Shown one piece after another: positions 18,794 to 28,573 of a stretch of 64,000 bases of DNA. Position 1 is the stretch's first letter. Each line of letters begins with the position of its first letter. Location: positions 1 to 64,000 of IMG/VR virus record IMGVR_UViG_3300046458_000091. The stretch is one strand, 5' to 3'. The notes under the pieces are model-generated. The model had not been told where the DNA came from. It searched no databases and saw nothing but the letters and a program-made list of their open reading frames with translations. The stretch is from a virus. The position numbers were made by a program, and so were the translations under genes.

Positions 18794-19327
18794 CTATACA
18801 TTTTCCTCAGTTGTCACTTTGCCACCATCAGAATCGCCCGCAACGGCTTGATTTACGGGCTTTTTCGCACGTAAAGCCGCGACCGCTTGCAGGTAAAGAT
18901 TCTTGGAAACCCCACGTTCACCCGACGGAGCGGCGGTGATCTGCGCAAGCTTGGTCTTGCTGCTCTTCACCCACGCCCGATCAAGCTCATACGTCTTGAA
19001 TTTGCGCAGCAGACGTATGGCCCGAACCTTGGATGCGCGCAGCTCCCGTTCCGGCAAGGGGTGGTCAAAGAACCCGAACGGCAAGCGCATGTGCATCTCC
19101 AGCTTGCGCGCCAGCTTCTCGGTGATCGCATACCGGTCGTTGCATGCCACGCTGATCTGATTCGAAAGCGACAGGGCTTCCTTGTCCGTCATGTCGTGGA
19201 ACACATTGAGCCGGACGCCCTCCCCCTTCAGATCCACATACACGTTGAACCGTCGCTGTCGCTCCTGTTGGGCCGCTTTCACGGCGTCCTCATAGGTCTC
19301 AGCGCCTTCAAACACTTCTAAATTCAT
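18794..19327 (-). CDS. putative repressor / HTH transcriptional regulator
   Basis: ITEKLARKLE..MRLPFGFFD resembles the helix after the HTH of CI/Cro-like repressors; divergent from ssb. Confidence 0.6.
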   Translation of the reverse strand: MNLEVFEGAETYEDAVKAAQQERQRRFNVYVDLKGEGVRLNVFHDMTDKEALSLSNQISVACNDRYAITEKLARKLEMHMRLPFGFFDHPLPERELRASKVRAIRLLRKFKTYELDRAWVKSSKTKLAQITAAPSGERGVSKNLYLQAVAALRAKKPVNQAVAGDSDGGKVTTEENV

Positions 19328-19374
19328 CGTACCAACCGCAAAAACAATGATTACAGGCTGATACTACCCCATCC

Positions 19375-19395
19375 ATACATCAAAGCGATGTTTTG
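19375..19395. promoter_or_regulatory. operator-like site ATACATCAAAGCGATGTTTTG
   Basis: 19/21 identical inverted copy at 52410-52430; CATC-N5-GATG core. Confidence 0.7.
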
Positions 19396-19479
19396 CGCTC
19401 TGGAATGCCTTATCGTATGTCCGGCCAGGGTTTCGTGCGGCATATTTTTGTATAGGGATACTTTAGGAGACGGTCATTT

Positions 19480-19998
19480 ATGGCTCGCGGTGTTAACAAA
19501 GTCATCCTGGTTGGAACGGTCGGCCAGGACCCGGAAACGCGGTATTTGCCCAATGGGAACGCGGTCACGAACCTCAGCCTGGCTACCAGCGAGCAGTGGA
19601 CCGACAAGCAAACCGGCCAGAAGGTAGAGAAAACCGAATGGCACCGCGTTTCCCTCTTCGGCAAGGTTGCGGAAATCGCCGGGCAGTACTTGAACAAGGG
19701 TTCGCAGGTCTACATCGAAGGCAAGCTTCAAACCCGCGAGTGGGAAAAAGACGGCATCAAGCGCTACACCACTGAAATCGTCGTAGACATGCAAGGCACC
19801 ATGCAGCTGCTCGGCGGCCGCCCCCAGGGCCAGGACCAGCAGACACGGCAGCAATCTCACCCGCAGGACCAGCAGGCGCGCCAGGCGCCACGCCAGCAGC
19901 AACGACCGGCGCAACAGCACCAGCAGAGCCAGCAAGGCGCTCTGCCAGAAGATGACGACATACCTTTCGCGCCGCTGCACCACTTGCAGGGCGCGTAA
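19480..19998 (+). CDS. ssb: single-stranded DNA-binding protein
   Basis: [19 protein letters not shown]...TEWHRV...DDDIPF. Confidence 0.98.
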   Translation: MARGVNKVILVGTVGQDPETRYLPNGNAVTNLSLATSEQWTDKQTGQKVEKTEWHRVSLFGKVAEIAGQYLNKGSQVYIEGKLQTREWEKDGIKRYTTEIVVDMQGTMQLLGGRPQGQDQQTRQQSHPQDQQARQAPRQQQRPAQQHQQSQQGALPEDDDIPFAPLHHLQGA

Positions 19999-20023
19999 CC
20001 CCCAACCCCAGTAAGGGACGTTC

Positions 20024-20944
20024 ATGTTTTTCAAGAATCTACAGGTTTACCGCTTTACCCAGCAGCTGCCCCTGGACGCCGAAGCGTTGCAGGCGGCGCT
20101 GGCCACTAAACCAGCCCGGGAGCCTGCTACCCAGGAATTCAACACCTACGGCTTTGTCGCCCCCTTCGCCCAGGGCGAGGACGCGCCGCTGGTGCACTTC
20201 AGCCACGGCTACATGCTGATCGCCGCCAGCAAGGCCAGCCGCCAGCTGCCCGGATCGGTCGTCACCCAGCAGGTGAAAAAGAAGATCGATGTCATCGAAA
20301 GGGAGCAGATGCGCAAGGTCTACAAGAAGGAACGCGACCAGCTGAAGGATGAAGTCATTCAGGCGCTGTTGCCCCATGCCTTCGTACGCTACTCCCGCAC
20401 GTTTGCCGCGCTCGACCTGGCGGCCGGTCTGATCCTGGTCAACACCGCCAGCGCCGCCGCTGCTGAGGATCTGCTCTCTACGCTGCGTGAAGTCATCGGC
20501 ACGCTGCCGGTACGCCCTGTCACGCTGAAAATATCCCCGGCAGCGTCCATGACTGCCTGGGTCAAGGACCAAAAGCCCCCGGCTGACTTCTTTGCACTCA
20601 ACGACGCCATTCTGCGGGACATCCACGAAGACGGCGGCTTTGTGAACTGCAAGGGCCAGGACCTGACCAGTGATGAAATCCAGCTGCATTTGAGCACCGG
20701 CAAGCAAGTCACTCAGCTGGCGCTGGCCTGGCAGGACAAACTGTCGTTCGTGCTCGATGACACGGGCGGGATCAAGCGCGTGCGCTTTGAGGACATTCTC
20801 ACCGATCAGGCCGAACAGGATGGCGGCGACGACGCGCTGGGCCAGCTGGACGCCAGCTTTGTGCTCATGATGCTCACGCTCAAGGCGTTCTTGGCATCGC
20901 TGTATGACGCCCTCGGCGGCGAGGATGTCCCCCAGGGCATTTGA
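20024..20944 (+). CDS. rdgC: recombination-associated protein RdgC (P1 HrdC equivalent)
   Basis: [11 protein letters not shown]...[14 protein letters not shown]...LLP.AF...[18 protein letters not shown]. Confidence 0.96.
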   Translation: MFFKNLQVYRFTQQLPLDAEALQAALATKPAREPATQEFNTYGFVAPFAQGEDAPLVHFSHGYMLIAASKASRQLPGSVVTQQVKKKIDVIEREQMRKVYKKERDQLKDEVIQALLPHAFVRYSRTFAALDLAAGLILVNTASAAAAEDLLSTLREVIGTLPVRPVTLKISPAASMTAWVKDQKPPADFFALNDAILRDIHEDGGFVNCKGQDLTSDEIQLHLSTGKQVTQLALAWQDKLSFVLDDTGGIKRVRFEDILTDQAEQDGGDDALGQLDASFVLMMLTLKAFLASLYDALGGEDVPQGI

Positions 20945-20958
20945 TCAAACTCCAGACG

Positions 20959-20995
20959 AAAAAAAGCCGCGTAGCCCCCCAGGGCTTCGCGGCCT
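20959..20995. terminator. terminator-like hairpin after rdgC
   Basis: A-run followed by the GCCGCG...CGCGGC inverted repeat. Confidence 0.55.
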
Positions 20996-21079
20996 CTTCC
21001 CACTTAAATCGCCAGAGATAAGTGGCCGGGATGATACCCGAATCATCACGCAGGCCATAGTTTTGCAGGGATTAACCAG

Positions 21080-21337
21080 ATGAAAGCAGTCTTCAACGGC
21101 AGCAGTACCAGTACCTCCGGCAAACAGCCCAAGAAACCGACCACCTGGTGGGGAACAGTCACCGCCATTGGCAGCAATGGGGACGCCTCAGAGGTTAAAT
21201 GGCGTTCCGACAGGCCGCTCTCTTACCGGGAGGCCATGGAATCGGTAGGACTGGCCATGGATGAGGCAGAAGGAAGTTATGCCGAAACCTACCAGCGGAC
21301 ACCAGACCGCGTGACCTTCAGCATCGAATGCCGGTAG
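21080..21337 (+). CDS. hypothetical protein
   Basis: ATG preceded by an AGGGA RBS. Confidence 0.65.
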   Translation: MKAVFNGSSTSTSGKQPKKPTTWWGTVTAIGSNGDASEVKWRSDRPLSYREAMESVGLAMDEAEGSYAETYQRTPDRVTFSIECR

Positions 21338-21418
21338 GGGGATCTATGGCCAGACAAATGACAGAAGCCGATTTCCGCCTGCCTAACGTCGCAGGCTGGC
21401 GTCACGCAGCCGCCCTCA

Positions 21419-21925
21419 ATGAGTGAGGCAGCATATTACCGCCCAGTCAGCCTGGAGCCGCTGGATTTCGCGCTGAAGAAGATGATCTTCTCGCCGGACA
21501 TCTGCACGAAGGTGCAAGGCGGCGCCGCCTCCATGGTGATCGTCCCCTTTGACCCTCAGCCGATCCTGGATCATGTGGAGCTGGCCAGCGCCGGGCTACA
21601 CCTGGACGACTCCCCGGGCCTGATGCGTGTCGTGCGCCAGGCGTTCCGCACCGGCCTCATCAGCCGCACCATTGCCCCGATCCAGCTTGGCCACGCCTTT
21701 GAGCTGCTGGAAGAGCTGCCCGCCCAGAAGCTGGCCCGCTTCGGTACTGGACTTGTCCGGCGCCTTGAAATTGCCCGCTTTGATGACCTCAATGAAACCC
21801 AGTGGCAGGCCTGCGGCTACCGAACTAAAGCCGATTTCCACAAGTATTGGACCATATCACTGCCTGCAACTCCGGCTGAAATAAATCCGTGGTGCTGGTT
21901 AATTCAATTTGATTACAAGGTGTAA
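21419..21925 (+). CDS. hypothetical protein, possibly ASCH/PUA-like
   Basis: M.F......V..G; C-terminal G......F..YW....NPW.W.I.F. Confidence 0.6.
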   Translation: MSEAAYYRPVSLEPLDFALKKMIFSPDICTKVQGGAASMVIVPFDPQPILDHVELASAGLHLDDSPGLMRVVRQAFRTGLISRTIAPIQLGHAFELLEELPAQKLARFGTGLVRRLEIARFDDLNETQWQACGYRTKADFHKYWTISLPATPAEINPWCWLIQFDYKV

Positions 21926-21931
21926 ATAAAC

Positions 21932-22321
21932 ATGTACTCAATTTCATTAATTACGTTGGCCGTTGGCTTAACGTTCTTTTATCGGGCGATGCATCCGACT
22001 GTATTAATGGCCCGAATCGGGGTCAATTTCGCCAATCCCGGGGACGGCACCACAATCAGAAGCCTGGCCAGGCGCGCAAGACTGGCGCTCGGTCTCGCCA
22101 TTATGGTATTGGCGTGCACTGTCGGTAAGATACTGCCAAATGAGCTGGCTAATGGGCTGGATGTTACCGCGCTGAGACAAATTGACCTGCAAAAAATCAG
22201 AACCGATAATCGTTTGACGTCAGAAAAACGACACGCGGCGGAAATGATCGAAATTTTCGGCAGCGCGGATGCGTACCTCGCTTACCTAAAAGCCCAATCC
22301 GCGACGAAAATCGGCTTATAA
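21932..22321 (+). CDS. two-TM membrane protein (lower GC)
   Basis: Two hydrophobic segments. Confidence 0.7.
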   Translation: MYSISLITLAVGLTFFYRAMHPTVLMARIGVNFANPGDGTTIRSLARRARLALGLAIMVLACTVGKILPNELANGLDVTALRQIDLQKIRTDNRLTSEKRHAAEMIEIFGSADAYLAYLKAQSATKIGL

Positions 22322-22633
22322 TCCTACCGCTCGTCCGAAACCGACGTATTTACAAGAACATTTCCGCCGCCCAGCAGACAAACCCTCTACGGTTTGTCTG
22401 TGGGGCTGCGTGTGGGTTTGCGGGCCGTTGAAAGGGCTAAACCCCAGTGTCTACGGGGTCCAAACGGCGAGTGATCGGGGATACCATATCCCCAGCACTT
22501 TCAGGCACTATCCGCGTCCTTTTGGTGTTCTACACCCTGAAATTCAAAACTGTCTAATAGCTGTCTAAAGATTCTCCCCGCAATGGATGCCTTACCGCTG
22601 TACCGCAGAAACTCGCACAAAAGGTAAAACCGC

Positions 22634-23854
22634 ATGCCTCTCACGCAGAAGTTTGTACAAACCCACACCGAACCTGGGCGTTATGCTGATAAAAACGGTT
22701 TGATGCTTTGCATCTCTCCACGCGGGTCCAAATCGTGGATCTGCCGCTATCAGCTCAACAAAGTTCGGCGCGATGCAGGCCTGGGTGTCTACCCAGCGGT
22801 CTCGCTCGCTAACGCGAGAGCCAAGTGTCTTGAGCTGAAATTGAAGCTCGCCAACGGCATTGACCCGCTGGAAGAGAAGCGCCGCAACGTCCGGGCGAAC
22901 ATCACGTTCAAAGACGAAGCCATGGCGATGATCGAACGCTATCGCCTGGGCTGGTCCGAAAAGCACACCAGCCAGTGGGAAAACTCCCTGCGGGACCATG
23001 TTTATCCGTTTATTGGCTCGGTGCCGATCGCCGACGTAGACACGGATAAAATCGTTGAGCTGCTCGACCCGATCTGGCGTGAAATGCCGGAGTCAGCCCG
23101 CCGTATCCGCAATCGAATTGAACGTATATTGGACTTTTCGAAAACCTGCGGGCACCGCGAAGGGGAAAACCCGGCGCGCTGGGCTGGCCACCTGCAAAAC
23201 AAGATGACCCGGGACAAGCCCGATTCCACGCCCCTGGAGTCGATGCCTTACTCGCGGCTGCCCAATTTCATGGAAAAGATCGAAGGCGAGATATCCCGGG
23301 CCGCGCGCTGCCTGCAATTCGTCATCCTGACAGCCTGCCGCAGTACTGAAGCCATGGGCGCTGAGTGGGATGAAATCGATTTCGAGACGCGCACCTGGGT
23401 GATTCCGGCTGTCCGCATGAAGGGCCGCGTCGAGCACCACGTACCGCTCAGCGATGCCGCCATGCAGGTCCTCAAGGACGTGCACACCCGTGGCCGCAGC
23501 AAGCTGATTTTCCCAGGCCGTGACCTTGAGAAGATGATGCCCAACAACGCCATGCGCCGGGTACTGATCAAGCACGGGGAAAGCGCTACGCCCCACGGCT
23601 TCCGCTCGACGTTCCGCATGTGGGCTGCTGAGAAAACGAAATTCCCGAATGACCTGTGTGAGATTGCGATTGCTCACGTCGTGGGCACTGCCACATCACG
23701 GGCTTACAACAGGGGGAATATGCTGGAGTTAAGGCGCCCGCTCATGGAACGGTGGGCTAAATATGCCACGTCCCAGAGCATTGCGCCCCGGAGCCTGGAC
23801 GATAGAGTCAGGGCTTCCGCCCCCCGTGAACACGTTATGCACGGACATGCGTAA
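22634..23854 (+). CDS. int: P4-family tyrosine integrase with arm-binding domain
   Basis: PGRYAD..GL.L....GSKSW..RY; catalytic R (TACR), K (RMKG), HGFR, H (IAHV) and Y (RAYNR) all intact. Confidence 0.95.
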   Translation: MPLTQKFVQTHTEPGRYADKNGLMLCISPRGSKSWICRYQLNKVRRDAGLGVYPAVSLANARAKCLELKLKLANGIDPLEEKRRNVRANITFKDEAMAMIERYRLGWSEKHTSQWENSLRDHVYPFIGSVPIADVDTDKIVELLDPIWREMPESARRIRNRIERILDFSKTCGHREGENPARWAGHLQNKMTRDKPDSTPLESMPYSRLPNFMEKIEGEISRAARCLQFVILTACRSTEAMGAEWDEIDFETRTWVIPAVRMKGRVEHHVPLSDAAMQVLKDVHTRGRSKLIFPGRDLEKMMPNNAMRRVLIKHGESATPHGFRSTFRMWAAEKTKFPNDLCEIAIAHVVGTATSRAYNRGNMLELRRPLMERWAKYATSQSIAPRSLDDRVRASAPREHVMHGHA

Positions 23855-23907
23855 CGAGCCCACAAGGATGAGGTAAGCACTGGCGACCATTGAGGTCGCC
23901 GGGGCGC

Positions 23908-24378
23908 TTAACTCGTACACCACCCGGCTTTTTTCTCGCCGTGGTAGCTGACAGCGAGCCCTTTGCTGATCAGCACGTCAGAAACGTTCGTATCGCCGAC
24001 CCACACCTGGGCCAGGATGCGGAAATACTTGTCGCGGCCCATGTCGCGCAGCTCGATGGGTTCGCCGCTGTCCAGCAAGGCGAGCAACGCAGTTCTGGCC
24101 TTATCGGACAAGGCCTCTTCCTTCTCTTTCGCCAGCGGATCGGCGCAGTGGCTATGCCGCTCCGGGGTATCCATGCCTTCAATGCGCACCCCGATATGCT
24201 TACCGGCAAAGGCTGGCCACTGCGGGACGTCCAGAAAAACCGTGTCGCCGTCGTAAACCTCGGTGATTGTCGCCCGGTCCACGGGAAAATTCCCGTAGCT
24301 GGGGTCATCCGCCAGGGCGGTGTTTGCCTGCATGGTGGCCAGCAGCGCAAGCGCCAGGCCGATCAAGATTTTGTTCAC
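23908..24378 (-). CDS. secreted thermonuclease (SNase family)
   Basis: Signal peptide; VYDGDT, VRIEGMDTPE, RDKYFRILAQV. Confidence 0.92.
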   Translation of the reverse strand: MNKILIGLALALLATMQANTALADDPSYGNFPVDRATITEVYDGDTVFLDVPQWPAFAGKHIGVRIEGMDTPERHSHCADPLAKEKEEALSDKARTALLALLDSGEPIELRDMGRDKYFRILAQVWVGDTNVSDVLISKGLAVSYHGEKKAGWCTS

Positions 24379-24437
24379 TAAAGCGGTCTCCAGGTTGAAC
24401 CCCTCATCGCAAGTAGATAAGGGGTGGTATTAGACCC

Positions 24438-24938
24438 TTAGCCAGCGGCCAGGGTGATGTGGGGGATGTCCGGGATCTTGAACCGTACGCGGTAGTCGGC
24501 AATCTCCTGGTCAGAGAGCAGGGAGACGTCGAAGTCTGCCCAGGTCACGCCAGCGGCCTGGCATTCGTTCCAGCTGTGCCACCCGCCCAGGTCCAGCCCA
24601 GCGTGCAGGGCGGCCTGTTGTGCCTCATTGGCGCCCATGGTGCCGCACATCTCGGCGAAGAGCTGGTCCAGGGTGTGGCGCTGAACGCCGGTCACCTTGC
24701 TCAACAGGTACTGGGCGTCATGCATGGCCCCAGGGACGCGGTGGTCTACGTTGCCGAAGGCCCATTGCGCCAGGTCGGGGATGCTGGCCAGGTCGGTCAG
24801 CATGCCCCGGGGGCCTTCCCATACCTTGCCCTTGCTGTCGGTGTAGCGGAACGTGTCCAGCACCGCATAGAGCTTGTTCGATGCCAGGGTGCGGTACGGC
24901 CGCAGCCGTGGGATGACGTCGAAACCGGGCTTAACCAT
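24438..24938 (-). CDS. DUF1353-domain protein
   Basis: PRGMLTDLASIP...AMHD.QY; start trimmed to MVKPG. Confidence 0.85.
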   Translation of the reverse strand: MVKPGFDVIPRLRPYRTLASNKLYAVLDTFRYTDSKGKVWEGPRGMLTDLASIPDLAQWAFGNVDHRVPGAMHDAQYLLSKVTGVQRHTLDQLFAEMCGTMGANEAQQAALHAGLDLGGWHSWNECQAAGVTWADFDVSLLSDQEIADYRVRFKIPDIPHITLAAG

Positions 24939-25401
24939 AGGTCGGCGCCAGGCGCATTTCACGCAGCGCCGCCTTTACCGTGTCATCCGGTGGCGTCACC
25001 GGCAGCGGGCCTGGCGCGGTGGACGGCGCCGGGGGCAGCGCCTGGATGTCCTCGGCCTGCTGGGTGCTCAATTCGCCGTTGGCCACCGCCGACTTGATTG
25101 CCGCGTCGAGCACCTCGGGCGCCTTCTCCTGGGCAACGCTGGCCAGCACCACCGGCAGCGACTTGTCGGCGTTGACGATGTTGCACAGCCCGGAGTTGTA
25201 GACCTTGCCCGCCACCACCAGCTGCACCACGGCGCGCTGTTCCGGCGTGAGGGCGCAATAGTTGCTTACCGCATCGCTGGCCACGTTGTAGACGGCGCCG
25301 CCGACCGTGGAGACTGCCGTTTTCACGCCGGAGCAGCCCGCCAGCACGACTACAGAGAGGCCTGCGAGGCACAGGCTGGAGACCATCAGGATACGTTTCA
25401 T
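24931..25401 (-). CDS. lipoprotein in lysis cassette (spanin candidate)
   Basis: MKR...VLAG-C lipobox; Pro-rich C-terminus; follows the endolysin. Confidence 0.7.
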   Translation of the reverse strand: MKRILMVSSLCLAGLSVVVLAGCSGVKTAVSTVGGAVYNVASDAVSNYCALTPEQRAVVQLVVAGKVYNSGLCNIVNADKSLPVVLASVAQEKAPEVLDAAIKSAVANGELSTQQAEDIQALPPAPSTAPGPLPVTPPDDTVKAALREMRLAPTYG

Positions 25402-25844
25402 GCCACACCTTTGAAGAAAATGTGATGCCCCAGGCGCAGGGTTTGAGTTGCACCGGCCACCCACGCGGGGGCCTTGGGCATCGTGGTTGCGTAGTAGTGA
25501 GTCGCCCCACTGGTTGGATCGGGGCCAACGTCATTGACGACGGCGGTGGCCACCTGCAAAGCCTTCTTGTACTCACCGGCCGGGATCGGCCGGGCGCCCT
25601 TGAGGTAGGGCGAGTTCGGGTCGTTGGCGTTCCAGCAGCTGAACTGGTACGGCTTCTGGCACACGCCTGCGTAACCCTCGCCCCACCATGAATTACTGCG
25701 GCCGTCGTTGACCCGGTTACGGATCGTCCAGGCCACCGCCTTCATCCCTTCCAGGCTTTCGCCACGGGCCTCGCCCCAGAGCGTGCGGGCCAGCACGTCG
25801 ATATCGGTGGCCGTCGCTTTAGCTTGCTGGGTCGGGGGTGTCAT
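25398..25844 (-). CDS. endolysin, SleB/Hydrolase_2 cell-wall hydrolase
   Basis: LARTLWGEARGE...VA..I.NRV...QFSCWN...DPT.GATHYY...GHHIF. Confidence 0.93.
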   Translation of the reverse strand: MTPPTQQAKATATDIDVLARTLWGEARGESLEGMKAVAWTIRNRVNDGRSNSWWGEGYAGVCQKPYQFSCWNANDPNSPYLKGARPIPAGEYKKALQVATAVVNDVGPDPTSGATHYYATTMPKAPAWVAGATQTLRLGHHIFFKGVA

Positions 25845-26070
25845 CGCCGCTGATCTCCTTGAGAGTCTTGCTGATGTAATGAACTGCCAGGTTGGCGGCC
25901 TTGGCGACCGCTGAAATCATCCCGTACAGCACCGGGTCAAACGGTGGGGTGGCGGCGTAATACGCCATGATCCCCACCAGTGAATCCAGGAACAGACCAA
26001 TGCCAAAGACGATGACGTTGGCCTGTTTGAGCAGCGTCTTACGCCGCGCTTTGGTCTTACTTACGGGCAT
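25819..26070 (-). CDS. putative holin (two TM helices)
   Basis: MPVSKTKARRK basic N-terminus plus two hydrophobic segments, upstream of the endolysin. Confidence 0.65.
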   Translation of the reverse strand: MPVSKTKARRKTLLKQANVIVFGIGLFLDSLVGIMAYYAATPPFDPVLYGMISAVAKAANLAVHYISKTLKEISGDDTPDPAS

Positions 26071-26383
26071 AGGGGCTCCCTTTCTCGTACTGCTCAAGCT
26101 TGATTCGCAGCGTGAGCGTTTCCTGCTTGAGTGCATCCACTTCAGTGCGCAGCAGCGCCAGGGACTGGTCATGCACCCGCACATCGCGCTGAACCAGAGC
26201 CATGTCGCGATTGAAGTTGTTGATGGAGGTAATGATGCTGTCCAGCTTGTTGATGGCGCTGGAGCCCACGGCCAGGATTGCAGCAACTGCAAGGCCCTGG
26301 AGCACGCTCATTACCCATTTAACAATCGGGGAGTCGGTGAAGCGTTGCGCCTTCTCGGCCATATCCGTGCCTAACTTGTTCAT
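26057..26383 (-). CDS. single-TM coiled-coil lysis-associated protein (holin/antiholin candidate)
   Basis: One TM helix then a coiled coil; first gene after a late promoter. Confidence 0.6.
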   Translation of the reverse strand: MNKLGTDMAEKAQRFTDSPIVKWVMSVLQGLAVAAILAVGSSAINKLDSIITSINNFNRDMALVQRDVRVHDQSLALLRTEVDALKQETLTLRIKLEQYEKGSPYARK

Positions 26384-26397
26384 GGTGGCTTTCCGAT

Positions 26398-26438
26398 ATT
26401 TTCAACGGTTTTGCGCTCCCCTCTCGGGCCAGGTTTGC
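26398..26438 (-). promoter_or_regulatory. late promoter (lysis): GCAAAC-N29-GAAAAT
   Basis: Shared motif with fixed 29-nt spacing at 7 late operon starts. Confidence 0.75.
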
Positions 26439-26442
26439 GCGG

Positions 26443-26733
26443 TTATGTGCCCTTCTTGGCGATGATTTGCGCCACGATCCCGACAGACCGAATGATTGCG
26501 TCAAGGCGGTTCAGCTCGGCCTGGACGACCTTGTTTTCGTTCTCGCGATTTTTCTTCCAGTTCGCGAAGGGTTTGCTTTCGAATAACTTCCTGATCGTGC
26601 TTTCGGTCAGTTTTCCGCAGCGGGTCAGGTCCTGGCCGAAGTACAGCGCCAGCTCTGCCCGAACGTCGTTATACGAATCCCATAATTTGACGCGCCCGCT
26701 CGCTGATGCAGGAATGGGCAGGAAATCGGGCGG
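26443..26733 (-). CDS. start-less ORF, candidate frameshift extension of the tail assembly chaperone
   Basis: 96 sense codons in the +1 frame (..KLWDSYNDVRAELALYFGQ...KKGT) filling the gap; no ATG. Confidence 0.55.
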   Translation of the reverse strand, partial: PPDFLPIPASASGRVKLWDSYNDVRAELALYFGQDLTRCGKLTESTIRKLFESKPFANWKKNRENENKVVQAELNRLDAIIRSVGIVAQIIAKKGT

Positions 26734-27451
26734 TTACGACCTCTGGCACCTCCTCGCCGGGCGTCTCAGACACCTTGGCGGCCACCAGCCCGTACTGGCT
26801 GGTGACGACGTGCATCAGGTGCGCGGCGGTCATGGTCGCGTCCATGTAGGCGTCAAAGAACGCGCAGAATTTGCGGTCCTTCATCCTGCGAATGGGGGTG
26901 ATGCGCTCCACCAGCGCGGCGGCATACGACGCATCGTCGATGTAAACCAGCGGCTCATCGTCAACGCCGCGCACGCACGCCGCCATGGACGCGCACCACC
27001 AGCTGTAATCGGTGGCCTGGTACACGCCATCGTCTATGAGCGTCTCGATGGCCTCAGCCTGGTAACCCAGCATCGGGCTGAAAATCAGCGATTCCCCCCC
27101 GAACTGGAACGGGATATCGGCGACGTAATCGGTCTGTTCCAGGATGTAATCGGCATAGAACGTCTGCCGGGTGTCGCCCTTTTCATGCAGCGGGAAGTTC
27201 GGACCATCGTCGCGGGTGCCGCTCATGTAGCTGGCCACCACATGCATGCGCTCATTGACCGACCAATGCCGGGGGTCGGCCACGGCGCCTGGCCGGTCAA
27301 TCGGCTTGCAGATGAAGCTCAGCAGCTTGGAGATGGTTCGCTGCTCATGTACCGCTGGGATTTCACACAGCGCCTGAATTTGATCCATCTCCAGCTCTTC
27401 CATGTTCACGGAGATGCGACGGGTGTTAACCGGGTTGATGTACTTATTCAT
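26669..27451 (-). CDS. PmgB-like tail morphogenesis/chaperone protein
   Basis: Follows tub as in P1; DPR.WS..ER motif. Confidence 0.65.
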   Translation of the reverse strand: MNKYINPVNTRRISVNMEELEMDQIQALCEIPAVHEQRTISKLLSFICKPIDRPGAVADPRHWSVNERMHVVASYMSGTRDDGPNFPLHEKGDTRQTFYADYILEQTDYVADIPFQFGGESLIFSPMLGYQAEAIETLIDDGVYQATDYSWWCASMAACVRGVDDEPLVYIDDASYAAALVERITPIRRMKDRKFCAFFDAYMDATMTAAHLMHVVTSQYGLVAAKVSETPGEEVPEVVTARFPAHSCISERARQIMGFV

Positions 27452-28167
27452 AGGGCGCCAAATGAGTCGTGTTGCGTGAAAGTGAGGTTGAGCGCGGTGA
27501 ATTCGTCAGTGCTTCGCGAGAGGTTGACCTCACACGACACAGGGACCATGACCCAGCTCTTGGAGTAGCCCCGGCTTTCCTCAACGGCGCCGTGGGTGAT
27601 CTTGATGGTGTTTACGTAATCGCTCGGGACAGCAAAGGAGCCGTCCTTTGGCGTGGCGACGGCTTGCAGCTCGTCAAACCAGCTCTTGATTTCGCCATCG
27701 GCGTCGTAACAGACGATGCGCAGCTCTACCGGGTCGTTACCGGTAGGCGCCAGCGTGAAACCCGACCCGATCTTGATCGGCTCCCACCCCAGCTGGACGC
27801 TGTTGTAGGTGACCTCGGTGGACAGCAAGTTGACTCGCGGCGCGCTGATCTTGCCCACCGGGTCGATACCGATGTGCCAGAGGTTCGTGCGCTCGCGATT
27901 GACCGCTGCCGCCTCTTCGTACATCTGAAGAACCGTGCTCCAGGACTGGCCAGCCAAAACGATGTTGCCGCCGCTGCCGCCGTTGAAGGCATTCGTGCGG
28001 CCAAAGATGTTGTCCGCGATCTTGTTTGCAGCGCCGTTCAGGTTGCCGCCCAGCAGATCCCGGGCAGCACTGGTGTACTTGAGTACGCTGCTGTCGATTT
28101 TGCTGGTGATCTTGTTCGTGACCGCATCAGTTGCTTGATAGGCCAGGCGTTCGAAGATGTTGCCCAT
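27448..28167 (-). CDS. tub: P1 Tub-like tail-tube/baseplate protein
   Basis: EPIKIGSG....PT...P......D..G....WF......DG....PS.Y resembles P1 Tub. Confidence 0.78.
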   Translation of the reverse strand: MGNIFERLAYQATDAVTNKITSKIDSSVLKYTSAARDLLGGNLNGAANKIADNIFGRTNAFNGGSGGNIVLAGQSWSTVLQMYEEAAAVNRERTNLWHIGIDPVGKISAPRVNLLSTEVTYNSVQLGWEPIKIGSGFTLAPTGNDPVELRIVCYDADGEIKSWFDELQAVATPKDGSFAVPSDYVNTIKITHGAVEESRGYSKSWVMVPVSCEVNLSRSTDEFTALNLTFTQHDSFGAL

Positions 28168-28571
28168 CAGATCGACCTCACCTCAAAGCTGAACGTCAGC
28201 GAGGGGAGGCGCAACTCATAGTCGGAGATGGCCACCGCCACCTCAGCGACAGCGCGGCCCCACGGATCTGCGCCTTGACTGCGCGAGACCTCGTAAGCGG
28301 TGCTGTTTTCCTTCTCCATGTACATCACCCACAGGGGCTCAATAATGGCCAGTTCGCTGGGGCTCAAGTCGAAGTCTTGCGCCCCCAAGGCGGTCGGAGT
28401 CGCGTCGATATCGGTATGCACGCCATCGGTTGACTGGGCGCTGGCCAGCTGGGCATACCCGCAGTACTTGCGCACTGCGGCCCGCAGGCTGCGGGTTATC
28501 TGCTCTTCTTCCAGCGCGCAGCCAATCGGCAGCACAGCGATGAACTGTTCTACTAATTGGCTGATTTTCAT
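28167..28571 (-). CDS. virion morphogenesis protein (head-tail adaptor candidate)
   Basis: MKISQLV start inside the structural operon. Confidence 0.65.
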   Translation of the reverse strand: MKISQLVEQFIAVLPIGCALEEEQITRSLRAAVRKYCGYAQLASAQSTDGVHTDIDATPTALGAQDFDLSPSELAIIEPLWVMYMEKENSTAYEVSRSQGADPWGRAVAEVAVAISDYELRLPSLTFSFEVRSI

Positions 28572-28573
28572 GG

